IMG/VR virus record: IMGVR_UViG_3300013121_000007
Location: 32,001-96,000 of that record
Origin: a virus
Taxonomy: Duplodnaviria > Caudoviricetes
DNA length: 64,000 nucleotides
Strand: one strand, 5' to 3'
Positions 38,719 to 47,922 of this stretch are shown here, in pieces. How positions within the stretch are numbered: position 1 is the first letter of the stretch; each line of letters starts with the position of its first letter. A model generated the notes under the pieces. The model did not search any database and was not told the origin of the DNA. It saw only the letters and a program-made list of their open reading frames with translations. Made by a program: the position numbers and the translations under genes.

Positions 38719-38952
38719 TCAGGTTTCTCGGGCGCGTTCAGAGGCGCTGAACAGAAGAAGTGACCCAAGACCACATGGTGGCTCGATCTCAATAGGAGGG
38801 ATGCCCCTGATGTTCACAGTATGGTCTTGACCACATAGGGGGCAATCATACAAGACTCTAAACCTCTTTGATGGGATGTCACAACGTGTCAGGATTCCTG
38901 ATATCCTAGGGAGACCTCCACTTTTCTTGTCCTCGCAACCCGGATTCGGCAT
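38719..38952 (-). CDS. Small Zn-binding protein
   Basis: CPLCGQDH...PPC. Confidence 0.5.
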   Translation of the reverse strand: MPNPGCEDKKSGGLPRISGILTRCDIPSKRFRVLYDCPLCGQDHTVNIRGIPPIEIEPPCGLGSLLLFSASERARET

Positions 38953-38981
38953 GAGAAGACCCTTTCAGTTCTGCGATTTCG

Positions 38982-39302
38982 TCACTTGTTCGACTTGATT
39001 TCCTCTTCCGTCATGTTCTGCCGCTGCCAGCCACAATGCTCCCAAATAGCCATCTCGCCGACCCCCAACGAGAACCAAGCCTCCTGAAACCCTCTGAGTT
39101 CTCCAGTTTCCGGGTCTTGTAGAATGCGGTCCACAACGACAGTCTCCCGCGTCCATCTTCTGTAATCAAGCTCTACACCCAAAAATGGAACGTGGTGTTG
39201 CTTTGCCAACCAGTAGTGGCCGTTCAAGCCCCCATCTGTTGTCACCTCAACTTTGATGTAGACCCAAATCGGGACCGCTGGCTGCTGCACCATCATCAAC
39301 AC
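38982..39302 (-). CDS. Hypothetical protein
   Basis: Operon packing. Confidence 0.55.
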   Translation of the reverse strand: MLMMVQQPAVPIWVYIKVEVTTDGGLNGHYWLAKQHHVPFLGVELDYRRWTRETVVVDRILQDPETGELRGFQEAWFSLGVGEMAIWEHCGWQRQNMTEEEIKSNK

Positions 39303-39880
39303 CTGCTACCGTGGCCGTCAAACATCGTAGAGTTGTGCACCCAAATTGCCAGTGTGCTGAAGCCCAATAGAAGAAGAATCTCACTTGCCGGGTGCGCCAA
39401 AACATTGTGCACGCAACTGTTCTTCCATAGATTCGACCACTTCAATCCGCGCCGCTGCAGCCTTTGGATACCAGAATCCGCCCTGTAAGGCCCCTCTTCA
39501 GCAAAGAGTTCCAGATCGCAGTCGCATCGACTGCAAGGCCCTTCAGGGTCTTCAGTTTCTTGTCCGCACGCTGTGCAGTGCCAAACGTTTTGCAGAAGCT
39601 GGCGACGTTCAATTGAATTTCCGGAAAGCAACTGATTGCAAATCTGTGTTGCTTCATCGACAGTGACAGACTCACACTCAGAGTAGAGTAACCCAGTAGC
39701 AGGTGATGCCGTAGGATGCGTATCCGAGAGCTTGAGAGTCTGATCCAGGAATCCATCTTGGGAGACCAAGAGAACTATAGCAGTCTTTTTTCGGACTCTC
39801 TCTGGAGAATGCGCAATACGAAACAGCCAGTCTTTCATGCAATCGCTCATACTCAATCCCTTTCGTACAAGACGAATCAC
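39296..39880 (-). CDS. Hypothetical Zn-ribbon protein
   Basis: CTAC...CSRC; HNVLAHP...WVHNST. Confidence 0.6.
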   Translation of the reverse strand: MIRLVRKGLSMSDCMKDWLFRIAHSPERVRKKTAIVLLVSQDGFLDQTLKLSDTHPTASPATGLLYSECESVTVDEATQICNQLLSGNSIERRQLLQNVWHCTACGQETEDPEGPCSRCDCDLELFAEEGPYRADSGIQRLQRRGLKWSNLWKNSCVHNVLAHPASEILLLLGFSTLAIWVHNSTMFDGHGSRC

Positions 39881-40197
39881 TCCGTATTTTGCTGACGCAT
39901 AGAAATCAGGTACTCACCCTTCGCAGTACGCACAACAGGCGCACATTGAAGACGGGCAGTTGTGTACGGTAAACCGCAAGCCAAAGCATCAGCCCTACTA
40001 TCGTTCACAGGCAACAGATCAACGCAGATAGGGCCTGCATCAATCATTGGTGTGTAGTAGAAAAGCAATCCCGTCAGAGTTGACATGTTCTTCAACTGAA
40101 TGAGAAGAGACTCTGGCGCAACTGGACCACCTCCATAAGAGGACCACAGTGCTCGAAGATGGTCCTCAAACTCAGTCAGTGTAATCGGACTTTTCAC
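39877..40197 (-). CDS. Hypothetical protein
   Basis: GGAGG SD; overlap packing. Confidence 0.55.
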   Translation of the reverse strand: MKSPITLTEFEDHLRALWSSYGGGPVAPESLLIQLKNMSTLTGLLFYYTPMIDAGPICVDLLPVNDSRADALACGLPYTTARLQCAPVVRTAKGEYLISMRQQNTE

Positions 40198-40241
40198 CTA
40201 TAGCCTCCACTGTTTGTGTACACGTTTGGTAGCCATCATCG

Positions 40242-40835
40242 TTAGTCTTCGCCACGTAGAAGATTACGAAGCATAGACATCCTCTGTCCCCTATAGTGAT
40301 GATTAGAGTTCCAGTGCTGCGGCCAGATGAGCGCCTGACCTCCGCGTGATTGGAAGGCTTTGCAGTTGTCCGGTGAATCGTCAATCAACAAGGCGCGTGG
40401 ATTGTAGCCCATCAGATGCTTGTGCTTACCCACCATATAGTTCGAGAACTTGTCATCGTCGAAGAACTTATGGAGCCACTGAACCTTTGCCGTTGCATCT
40501 GCTGGGTTGAGAGAGGGTGAGGTGCTGATGAAAAATGGGATATTCCCAATGCACTTGATGATATCCTTAGCGTCTTCTGTGGCTGGCAAGTTGGCAAAAA
40601 AGCTCCCGTTTGAATGCAGCCTTCTCCAGAAGGACCCGCTGCTGATTTCAAGAACGCTAGGAATGTTCCACTCACCGAATGGATAGTGCAAACTCTCATG
40701 ACCTTCGCCTGAGTAGATTACACCTTTGTCGTCTTCACCTACGAGAGTGTACCCGAATGCTTTCATGGCTGATCCCATGAAATCCACCAAGACACCATCC
40801 ATATCGACAAGCACGTAATCAACAGCGCTCTTCAT
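40242..40835 (-). CDS. HAD-family 5'(3')-deoxyribonucleotidase-like
   Basis: LVDMDGVLVDF, STSP, K-x-x-WL, LIDDSPDN. Confidence 0.88.
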   Translation of the reverse strand: MKSAVDYVLVDMDGVLVDFMGSAMKAFGYTLVGEDDKGVIYSGEGHESLHYPFGEWNIPSVLEISSGSFWRRLHSNGSFFANLPATEDAKDIIKCIGNIPFFISTSPSLNPADATAKVQWLHKFFDDDKFSNYMVGKHKHLMGYNPRALLIDDSPDNCKAFQSRGGQALIWPQHWNSNHHYRGQRMSMLRNLLRGED

Positions 40836-40846
40836 TTGTAATCCTT

Positions 40847-40895
40847 GAAAACCTGCTGCTCGGTTGAAGTACGCAGGGCGTCAACCGAGTGCAGG
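40847..40895 (-). terminator. Terminator-like hairpin upstream of the nucleotidase gene
   Basis: CCTGC-a-CTCGGTTGA...TCAACCGAG-ca-GCAGG followed by TTTTC. Confidence 0.5.
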
Positions 40896-40986
40896 ACTAT
40901 GACTAAGGCAACGGACTGGAACAATTGTCACCGACGAGGCCCCATGTACCTTCGGATTTTCAATCCGTAGTTCCAAGCTGCCAAAG

Positions 40987-41700
40987 TCAGATGAGAGTAT
41001 CTTGACTCATGCTAAAGTTCAACTGGAGTTGACTCTTCGGAGGGAAGACCAAAGCCTTGAATTCCGGACGACTCACGTAGACGTTGACGTCAGCGATTGA
41101 GTGCCTCCGGTAAACTCGCAGGCTCAGCCGTTCATCAAGTTGTCTCGTTCTCTCGCGGAACCACGAAAGACGAATCGTCCAACCGATACCGTATCCGTTC
41201 TGTCCGTAACCCAAACGATCTCCGGAACTGGTGTACGCAGAATTGACTTTACGGGTAGGTCGGTTCTTCACTGACTCTTGCAACAACCCGGCGTCTACCA
41301 CGTACAGATTTCTGGTAGCCGATGCCAAGTTGTCTCTCAGGTTGTCGTAGGTGGTCGCTTGCAGAACTGGATAGGTGTGATGCCAGAACCAGTAGACGAT
41401 CTCTTTCTCGCAGGACTGCATGAACTTCTGGTCTTTGACGACGCGACACTCGTAGAGGATGACTGAAGCACCACGGCCGACACCTTTTGACTCGAAGAAC
41501 AAGTCTTCACTCTGCTGCAGGTCAGGGCAGATATCACATGTTGCATCCGTTTTCAGACGAGCAGCGCCCGTGACGTGAACGACAGCTTGCTCGAAGAACT
41601 CCCCAGTTGCCCAGCGAGCTTCACCGGGCGACTGTAAAAGCCTGTCCGCACGAAACAGCTCTCCTTGCAGGTCAACTTTTTTGGGACGAGGGAGTTTCAT
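40987..41700 (-). CDS. Putative PD-(D/E)xK nuclease
   Basis: GEFFE...CPDL...FFESKG. Confidence 0.55.
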   Translation of the reverse strand: MKLPRPKKVDLQGELFRADRLLQSPGEARWATGEFFEQAVVHVTGAARLKTDATCDICPDLQQSEDLFFESKGVGRGASVILYECRVVKDQKFMQSCEKEIVYWFWHHTYPVLQATTYDNLRDNLASATRNLYVVDAGLLQESVKNRPTRKVNSAYTSSGDRLGYGQNGYGIGWTIRLSWFRERTRQLDERLSLRVYRRHSIADVNVYVSRPEFKALVFPPKSQLQLNFSMSQDTLI

Positions 41701-42386
41701 GTCTGGGGGTAATAAGTTATCTGGTCCCTTTCATTCATAGACTTCAGCAATCGCGCCTCAACCGCTTTGTAGTCGACGTCGACTAAAACCTCGTCGTCGA
41801 TCTGCGTCATTCGAGTCACTTGAAGATTCATCTTATCGAGGACATCCAGTGCTTTCGGTAAAACAGGATCATCACTGGCTGCTCGAAATGTGGACGGTGG
41901 ATACGTGTTGACCTTCGATACTCCCGCCATCTTGTCTGAATTCTGGATGTCTGCAAGCGTTGGCATACCTAGAAGTCTGCTGAAAACCTCATCCTCACGA
42001 CTTTCATAAACTTGGTGTCTCCCGCTTCCGTACATGACGCCAAACCTCGCCGTCTTGAGCGCCTTTCGATCGTTGTGATATCTGTCCCCACCGCTTGCAT
42101 ATTTGCTGTCGAACCGTTCCAGTGTGTACTCAAGCAGAGTCTCAAATTCAGACTCTTTGAAGCCAAACAAGTACACAGGATCAACTGCCACTAGCCTTCC
42201 AGGCAAAGCGACGTTCAAGATGAAATGAGAGCCAGGACGATCCTCCTCCAGAGACTTCCGATCTTTTTCGTGGGCGTTCAGCGAGACGTGCTGACGCAAG
42301 AGACCTGCGAATTTTCGACCCAGTGAGAAGAACATAGCGTTCTCCAAACGGCTACGGGTCTGTTCCATCGTCATGAATTCAAGCAT
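41697..42386 (-). CDS. Hypothetical protein carrying DNA polymerase A-like motif fragments
   Basis: RKALKTARFGVMYG; QIDDEVLV; VDYKAVEARLL. Confidence 0.6.
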   Translation of the reverse strand: MLEFMTMEQTRSRLENAMFFSLGRKFAGLLRQHVSLNAHEKDRKSLEEDRPGSHFILNVALPGRLVAVDPVYLFGFKESEFETLLEYTLERFDSKYASGGDRYHNDRKALKTARFGVMYGSGRHQVYESREDEVFSRLLGMPTLADIQNSDKMAGVSKVNTYPPSTFRAASDDPVLPKALDVLDKMNLQVTRMTQIDDEVLVDVDYKAVEARLLKSMNERDQITYYPQT

Positions 42387-42407
42387 GGCTACAGCCTAAA
42401 TGTTCCT

Positions 42408-42435
42408 ACGGTAGAATGACTTATACGTGAGTCAC
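42408..42435 (-). promoter_or_regulatory. GTGACT-N16-TACCGT promoter variant
   Basis: TGACTCA-cgta-TAAGTCA palindrome with the same spacing. Confidence 0.5.
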
Positions 42436-42450
42436 GTTATCCAGTCAAGT

Positions 42451-42729
42451 CTACAGGAAGGCAAAAAAGGCAGCAATGAGAAGCAACACCACAACGCCTA
42501 GGACCTTGCCAGCATTCACAGCCCAACGAGGCAACGGGTCTTCTGACAAAAACTCGATGACGTCTCCATTTTGATTTACCATGATGTACTCGCCTTGAGG
42601 GCAGGTAACTACCTCCAGTCTGACGCTGCAGCATGGACAACTCAGGTCCAACAGAGAAACACTCCCATCCGGATGCAAACCTCGAACGCGGCGTGCGCCG
42701 CATGTTGGGCAAAACTCGTGCACGCGCAT
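42451..42729 (-). CDS. Zn-ribbon protein with C-terminal membrane anchor
   Basis: CPTC...CPCC; VLGVVVLLLIAAFFAFL. Confidence 0.6.
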   Translation of the reverse strand: MRVHEFCPTCGARRVRGLHPDGSVSLLDLSCPCCSVRLEVVTCPQGEYIMVNQNGDVIEFLSEDPLPRWAVNAGKVLGVVVLLLIAAFFAFL

Positions 42730-42733
42730 AGAA

Positions 42734-43099
42734 CTACCTGCCCTTCCTGATAAAGAATTCCGGAGGAGGCATCTCCAACTCAGCTATTGCGTAGTCAGCG
42801 TTAGTAGCCTCTTCCTCTTCAGTCTTCACAGAGTGCGGACCCGCCAAGAGCTTCAAGCAGGATAAGCATCTCGGTTTACCAAATGGGTCTGCTGTCACCA
42901 GACTACTAAGCTGGGCAGGAATCCGTGAACCACAAAGAGCAGTAGTCTGGTCTCTGGTTACGTGCGCAGATGGACAACCCATCCACGTCATATACAGAAA
43001 ACCAGAAGGCAGCCGATTTGATTCACTCGGAAGCGGAACCACGAGACTATGGTCACTCCGACTCATCAAGGCAACACCCGTGTAATGCTTATCTTGCAT
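42734..43099 (-). CDS. H-LCG-CxxC Zn-finger protein
   Basis: AHV...ALCG...CLSC. Confidence 0.55.
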   Translation of the reverse strand: MQDKHYTGVALMSRSDHSLVVPLPSESNRLPSGFLYMTWMGCPSAHVTRDQTTALCGSRIPAQLSSLVTADPFGKPRCLSCLKLLAGPHSVKTEEEEATNADYAIAELEMPPPEFFIRKGR

Positions 43100-43422
43100 T
43101 TTTCGCAGCGTTGAATCATATCCTGCGTTCCACGCCCACCATGAAATGCTAGGAGATGGTCAATACGACCAACATCAATCATAGACTGATTTCGCAAGAC
43201 TCCAGCGCGTCGACCAATATGACGCCAGTCATCCTTCGTAACTGGAAATGGTAGCTGCGGTACAACACGACAAGTCGCCCAGTCACTACAAATGGAGTCA
43301 ACACCTCTAGCTGCACCATGAATGAGTATTGTCACTGGCCAGTAGAAATAGAACCAGTCTAGGACCCACCAGATACGATTTACGTCCGCGTAGTCTCTTC
43401 CGCCAGTCACACCCAATCGCAT
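43066..43422 (-). CDS. SLOG family protein (YspA/DUF2493-like)
   Basis: VTGGRDY, IHGAARGVD, AGVLRNQSM, AFHGGRGTQDM. Confidence 0.88.
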   Translation of the reverse strand: MRLGVTGGRDYADVNRIWWVLDWFYFYWPVTILIHGAARGVDSICSDWATCRVVPQLPFPVTKDDWRHIGRRAGVLRNQSMIDVGRIDHLLAFHGGRGTQDMIQRCEKCKISITRVLP

Positions 43423-43429
43423 GTAAGGT

Positions 43430-43627
43430 CTACTCCCAGGAATCAAAAACCCACGTCATGTTACGAAAAACGTACTTAGGCTTGTTTGAGTTTTTCGTCT
43501 TCGGCCAAAACACCATCCCATTCTTAGCCGATGGTGCAGTCAAAAACTCACCGCCGTCAAACGGCCCGCCAAATACGGGACATCTGGCAGGAACAGACTC
43601 CGGATACTGAACTTCGTCAGACATCAC
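43430..43627 (-). CDS. Small GGPxDG protein
   Basis: FGGPFDG. Confidence 0.55.
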   Translation of the reverse strand: MMSDEVQYPESVPARCPVFGGPFDGGEFLTAPSAKNGMVFWPKTKNSNKPKYVFRNMTWVFDSWE

Positions 43628-44430
43628 TACTCAGTGAACATTGGGAGATACAACTTCTTCTCAGAAGACCGCGCATTGAGCTTTGGTCTCTGAGGGTAGT
43701 CGTAAGACGGAAGCGATTTACGAATACGGTTATACCAGGATTGAAACGTGATATTCCGTTTCATGGCCTTCAGGGCGTCCAGAGCAACACGACTAAACGC
43801 TCCGTTCGGACGATCGTCGAACACGGCGTCGTAGCAGTATTCTGTGTCTTGGCACCCAGCAAGATGTACAACGCCGGGAGAGATCGTCGCCTTCGGGACG
43901 ACAATGCGACCAGCGATTCTCTCTGCGTGAGTATGCACCTCTCTGTCATCCTGGTTCAACATACGATGCGGGTCCATGAAACGGACCTTGGCGCGGCAAG
44001 CCACAGGATTGAACATCCGGTAGACGGTTCCACTGCTGCACGCATCGGTTACAAAGAGGACCCGGCTGCCCGCTGGCCTGTCCTGTAGAAGCTGATGAAT
44101 CTCATCGTCGACGATTGGATTCCAGTAATCGTGAGGGACAAGAACCTCATCGCGGCCGTCAGGCTCATCACCATCACGATCTGGAATCCAGGAGCCGTGC
44201 CCGCTGAATGTGATGATCGCCCAGTCTCCAACACTCAGCCGGGATAAGACGGCTTTGGTCTGCGACAAGATAGTAGCGCGGGTTGCTTCACTGTCGATCA
44301 GCATTACGGTGGAGGCAGCCTGCGAGCACGAGGATCGCCAGTCATTTGCGTCATTGACGCAACCACCCAAGTCAATGTCACTGCCTGGATAGTCGTTGAT
44401 TCCGATGAACAGTCCGTGCACCTTACCCAT
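43627..44430 (-). CDS. Metacaspase/orthocaspase (peptidase C14)
   Basis: GINDYPG, LGGCVNDA, FSGHGS, DEPDGRDEVL, DACSSG; His-Cys dyad intact. Confidence 0.93.
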   Translation of the reverse strand: MGKVHGLFIGINDYPGSDIDLGGCVNDANDWRSSCSQAASTVMLIDSEATRATILSQTKAVLSRLSVGDWAIITFSGHGSWIPDRDGDEPDGRDEVLVPHDYWNPIVDDEIHQLLQDRPAGSRVLFVTDACSSGTVYRMFNPVACRAKVRFMDPHRMLNQDDREVHTHAERIAGRIVVPKATISPGVVHLAGCQDTEYCYDAVFDDRPNGAFSRVALDALKAMKRNITFQSWYNRIRKSLPSYDYPQRPKLNARSSEKKLYLPMFTE

Positions 44431-44656
44431 TTTTAGTCCTCAGGTCTGAGTGAATTTGCTTGCAGGTATGACAAGTCTCGCAGCCAACAGGAATTTTCGT
44501 ATCCCAATCAGCTTGCATTCCGCACAGGGTAACAGGCTTCGGAGAAGTGTGCCCACCAAGATTGACAGGTGACGTCGCCGCCACTTGACGTAAGTGCTGT
44601 ACCATCGCCGTAAGGGTCTCACAAACGACGAATTCAGCATCTTCAGTATTCGACAT
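44423..44656 (-). CDS. H-LCG-CxxC Zn-finger protein
   Basis: QHL...TLCG...CHTC. Confidence 0.55.
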   Translation of the reverse strand: MSNTEDAEFVVCETLTAMVQHLRQVAATSPVNLGGHTSPKPVTLCGMQADWDTKIPVGCETCHTCKQIHSDLRTKNG

Positions 44657-44795
44657 TGCTCGACTCTTTGCTGGAACCCATCCCCAGAAACAAAAAGGTA
44701 TGTGGCTGAATTGTAGTGCGTACTACGAAACAGCACGCAGGTCAAAGAGTCGAGCAGTGCCGAACAGCCGAAGTATACCTTGAATCACGCTAGAG

Positions 44796-45095
44796 TCAAT
44801 TCCATCGCCACTCTGACCAACAGCCCTCGTACCGCCCCTCCCAACCATGATCTGGCTGCGGGTAGAAGTAGCCGACAAACATGGCGTACTTCCAACTCTT
44901 CTCCAATCCATCCTTTGGCACAGAGTGGTCACACAAAGCCGCCCAACCTGTCGTCCTGAGGTTGTCCTGACAACGTCTGGAAGCCAGCGCCTGCAGCAAG
45001 TACCACTCACCATCAAACGCTTTTGCATAGTAGAGACTGACGCTTTCGCGTATTGGAGTTTCACTGGCAGACTCTGGCAGTTTTGAGCTACTCAT
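44796..45095 (-). CDS. Hypothetical protein
   Basis: Overlap packing. Confidence 0.5.
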   Translation of the reverse strand: MSSSKLPESASETPIRESVSLYYAKAFDGEWYLLQALASRRCQDNLRTTGWAALCDHSVPKDGLEKSWKYAMFVGYFYPQPDHGWEGRYEGCWSEWRWN

Positions 45096-45915
45096 TGTCT
45101 TTTTCCGCTAAGTACACGCCGAGAATAATCTGAGACAGCACATCAGCTAGTAGATTGACGTCGCTATGTTTAGCTCGTTCTGTCGGTACTGTAATGTTCA
45201 CAGCAACTGTTCCAAATGTTCGATTTGACGAGTACAAAACACCGACAGTTTCACAGTCAGTATCAGATGCGGCGTTCAATGCATCTGCATACATATTCAT
45301 TTCTTCATAGTAGATAGTCACTTCCTTTCCAAGTATCAACGCCTTGAAATTTCCCCATCCACGCACTTCCCTAAGTTGCTGCAGTGTCAAATATGATCTA
45401 CGACTGACACTGGTTCTGACACATTCAACCAGCACATTAGACAGCCGAAGGTTTGGAATGTGTCTTGCGGCTCGAAGGTACAGCATCTTCCTGCACACTA
45501 ACGCTACATTGTCTCCACTAATGCTAGTATTCGTGTACAGTCCTTTTGTGACAGAACGAATGAACTCTGCTGACATCGAGTATATGTGCTGGCTAGTACC
45601 GGAATCTACTCCTTCGTCTCTAAGCAACGAAACGAACAGACAAGGTCTAGTTGCGTTTTCATGGGTATGCGACACCATGTGAGACCAACTGTCCTTGTAT
45701 TCGTAGAAGGCACCAAACTCCTGCATAGAGAATTTGGCGTTCCAGTTATTGCGAGTTGAAGCCAGAAAGGCAATAAGATGATAAGCAAGGTGTTCAAGAC
45801 GATCGCAACCCAGTGAACCCGACAACCATTGGTTGTTGTGATCCCTGATGTAGCTTAGCAGGTCTGATGGATATTCTAGCATGATACAACTAGCACTTAG
45901 ACACGTCATGAACAA
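45088..45915 (-). CDS. Hypothetical protein
   Basis: 275 aa. Confidence 0.6.
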   Translation of the reverse strand: MFMTCLSASCIMLEYPSDLLSYIRDHNNQWLSGSLGCDRLEHLAYHLIAFLASTRNNWNAKFSMQEFGAFYEYKDSWSHMVSHTHENATRPCLFVSLLRDEGVDSGTSQHIYSMSAEFIRSVTKGLYTNTSISGDNVALVCRKMLYLRAARHIPNLRLSNVLVECVRTSVSRRSYLTLQQLREVRGWGNFKALILGKEVTIYYEEMNMYADALNAASDTDCETVGVLYSSNRTFGTVAVNITVPTERAKHSDVNLLADVLSQIILGVYLAEKDNE

Positions 45916-46666
45916 TGCAGTCTACCAGCAGTCTTGACATACCCAAAGCAACGGCCTCCTCATGAGTCTTACCCAAAAGCTCTAGGCTCGACCAATGAAC
46001 AACCGAACGACCGAATGTGTACTTGTAGTCCCTAGCTACCACTTCCTCTAACCCCTCCTTCTTGTCAATTGTTAGACCCATAGTTCGTCGTAAGAATGAG
46101 ATGACGTCTTTGTTGAAGAGGCCGCTCGCTGTTTTGTGTCCTAAGTCAACTCTCCAAGCAATCGACGCAGAAGAGACAATGAATGACAATTCAATGTTAT
46201 CGAGTCTCATTTGGGGCAGCATCCTGCCTAGTCTTGTGAACAGCGGAAATTTCGTCAGCGAGAACAATTGACCGTACTCAATACCCCCGATGACCTTGGT
46301 ACGATTACCGAGTATATTCCTGCAACGACCGCACAGATTGTCATAGTTGTGTACTGAGGACAACTCATCCCAGGTAAGGAACATCGCTGTGCTGCGCAGA
46401 CCACACAGAGTGAAGAAGCAAGTTACGAACATACCGTTCTTGTCAATATCATCTCTCCAGTTGCCTACATGCAGAACATCAGAATCTGCCAGCATCGTGC
46501 ATACGGGGTCCTTGAGACTTGGCGCACTGACATTACCAACCGGAAGCGACATACCCGCGACGTTGGTGATTTTCGCCGAGCACGGACCACAGTAAATAGT
46601 ATCACCGCGGTTTAGCGACGATCCACAAATTGGGCACAAGTCGTCCATTTTGACGTTCAACTCCAT
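45890..46666 (-). CDS. Hypothetical Zn-finger protein
   Basis: CPIC...CGPC; LHV...TLCG...CGRC. Confidence 0.6.
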   Translation of the reverse strand: MELNVKMDDLCPICGSSLNRGDTIYCGPCSAKITNVAGMSLPVGNVSAPSLKDPVCTMLADSDVLHVGNWRDDIDKNGMFVTCFFTLCGLRSTAMFLTWDELSSVHNYDNLCGRCRNILGNRTKVIGGIEYGQLFSLTKFPLFTRLGRMLPQMRLDNIELSFIVSSASIAWRVDLGHKTASGLFNKDVISFLRRTMGLTIDKKEGLEEVVARDYKYTFGRSVVHWSSLELLGKTHEEAVALGMSRLLVDCIVHDVSKC

Positions 46667-47120
46667 CTTCGTCCAAAGTTACAATCACACTGTTGACAAT
46701 AACTTTGGCTGCTCGGTTCAGGTCATCCTGACTTCCACCTCTACCACACAACACCTTACGAATGTGTAAGAAGCCGTCCAACGTGAACCTACAGCACTCC
46801 CCTTGAACAGCAACCTCAATAATTCCACTCTGGTCCAATGGCCCAACAAAAATAGAGTCCAGACGAAGACCGGGAAGTTTACGTCCAAAGTAGCAGAACA
46901 GGTACAACTGCACGCGATTGGATATGTGACTCCAATTACTATCTGACGTCTCTTCAGTACAATCGACTGTCTGGTCACTCAACGGTGAAGGAAGCATACC
47001 AATAGCAGAGACGACATTCTCGTGCGCATCAGCGGCTAGCTTAGCGTTGACAACAGCCTGAAGGGAAGTTGTGTACAGATCATCCATCTTGGCGCTCAAG
47101 CCTGCGAGTACATACAGCAC
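46602..47120 (-). CDS. Hypothetical protein
   Basis: LPGLRLDSI segment resembles LPQMRLDNI and IPNLRLSNV in the two downstream ORFs. Confidence 0.55.
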   Translation of the reverse strand: MLYVLAGLSAKMDDLYTTSLQAVVNAKLAADAHENVVSAIGMLPSPLSDQTVDCTEETSDSNWSHISNRVQLYLFCYFGRKLPGLRLDSIFVGPLDQSGIIEVAVQGECCRFTLDGFLHIRKVLCGRGGSQDDLNRAAKVIVNSVIVTLDEDGVERQNGRLVPNLWIVAKPR

Positions 47121-47361
47121 AGGGACGGACAGTATTCGGGTCAGCTTCTGATGGATACAGGTTCACCCTCCTACCACAAACAGATACTGCCTCCGCGAAG
47201 TCTACGTGACCATTTGAGTCGGCAACAAAAGCATGGCATACAGAAGTGCGCTCATGCACTACGCCAGATGGACGTCTTCCATCATTACCAGACTTCTGAA
47301 AACACCACGTAATCCACTTCACCATGACACTACCCTCGCGTAGTAGTTCCTGGTCCTGCAT
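47080..47361 (-). CDS. H-VCG-CxxC Zn-finger protein
   Basis: CHAF...SVCG...CAVC. Confidence 0.55.
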   Translation of the reverse strand: MQDQELLREGSVMVKWITWCFQKSGNDGRRPSGVVHERTSVCHAFVADSNGHVDFAEAVSVCGRRVNLYPSEADPNTVRPCAVCTRRLERQDG

Positions 47362-47671
47362 TTGATGAGCAGACCTCAGGCTTCGTCAACTCAAACAAAG
47401 CCGTAGTAGTGTCGACAATAAACAGGTCTGACCGACTCTTCCCAGGCCACACAGCCATGACAAATGGTCTGACCCCAGTACAAGACTTGTACTCTCTCGC
47501 CAGCCGGAGCATCTCAATCTTGTCCTCGACACTGCAAGCGTACTTGAAACCACCGCTGAACCAACAGATGAACGGAACTGTAGGCTCTTTCCAGGGGAAC
47601 TTATCAGGGCAGTCTACAACTCGCGGATTTCGCATCGGTACACCTGTTAGCGTACTAGTCTGAACCAACAA
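47330..47671 (-). CDS. Hypothetical protein
   Basis: MAVWPGKSRSDLF. Confidence 0.55.
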   Translation of the reverse strand: MLVQTSTLTGVPMRNPRVVDCPDKFPWKEPTVPFICWFSGGFKYACSVEDKIEMLRLAREYKSCTGVRPFVMAVWPGKSRSDLFIVDTTTALFELTKPEVCSSNAGPGTTTRG

Positions 47672-47915
47672 TCTGCGCCGGCAAAGACGGGTCAGACTTC
47701 ATCAGGCTACAAAGTTTGTCTAACGACACTTCAAGAACGATGACTTTGAAAGTGCCTGCATCTCTTCCTATGTTTCCGATCTCGCGTTCACATTGTTCTG
47801 TGAACCACTCCGAGTTCTCTTCCATCGTGAACTCATCAACTGCAGCCAGTAGTTCAGGCGCATTTTCCCCTTCATACCTCTCAGGACGCTGAAGAAACAG
47901 ACAGTGAATTTTCAT
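47655..47915 (-). CDS. Hypothetical protein
   Basis: MKIHCLFLQR...APELL...VDEF...EN; GAGG SD. Confidence 0.6.
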   Translation of the reverse strand: MKIHCLFLQRPERYEGENAPELLAAVDEFTMEENSEWFTEQCEREIGNIGRDAGTFKVIVLEVSLDKLCSLMKSDPSLPAQIVGSD

Positions 47916-47922
47916 GCTACCC

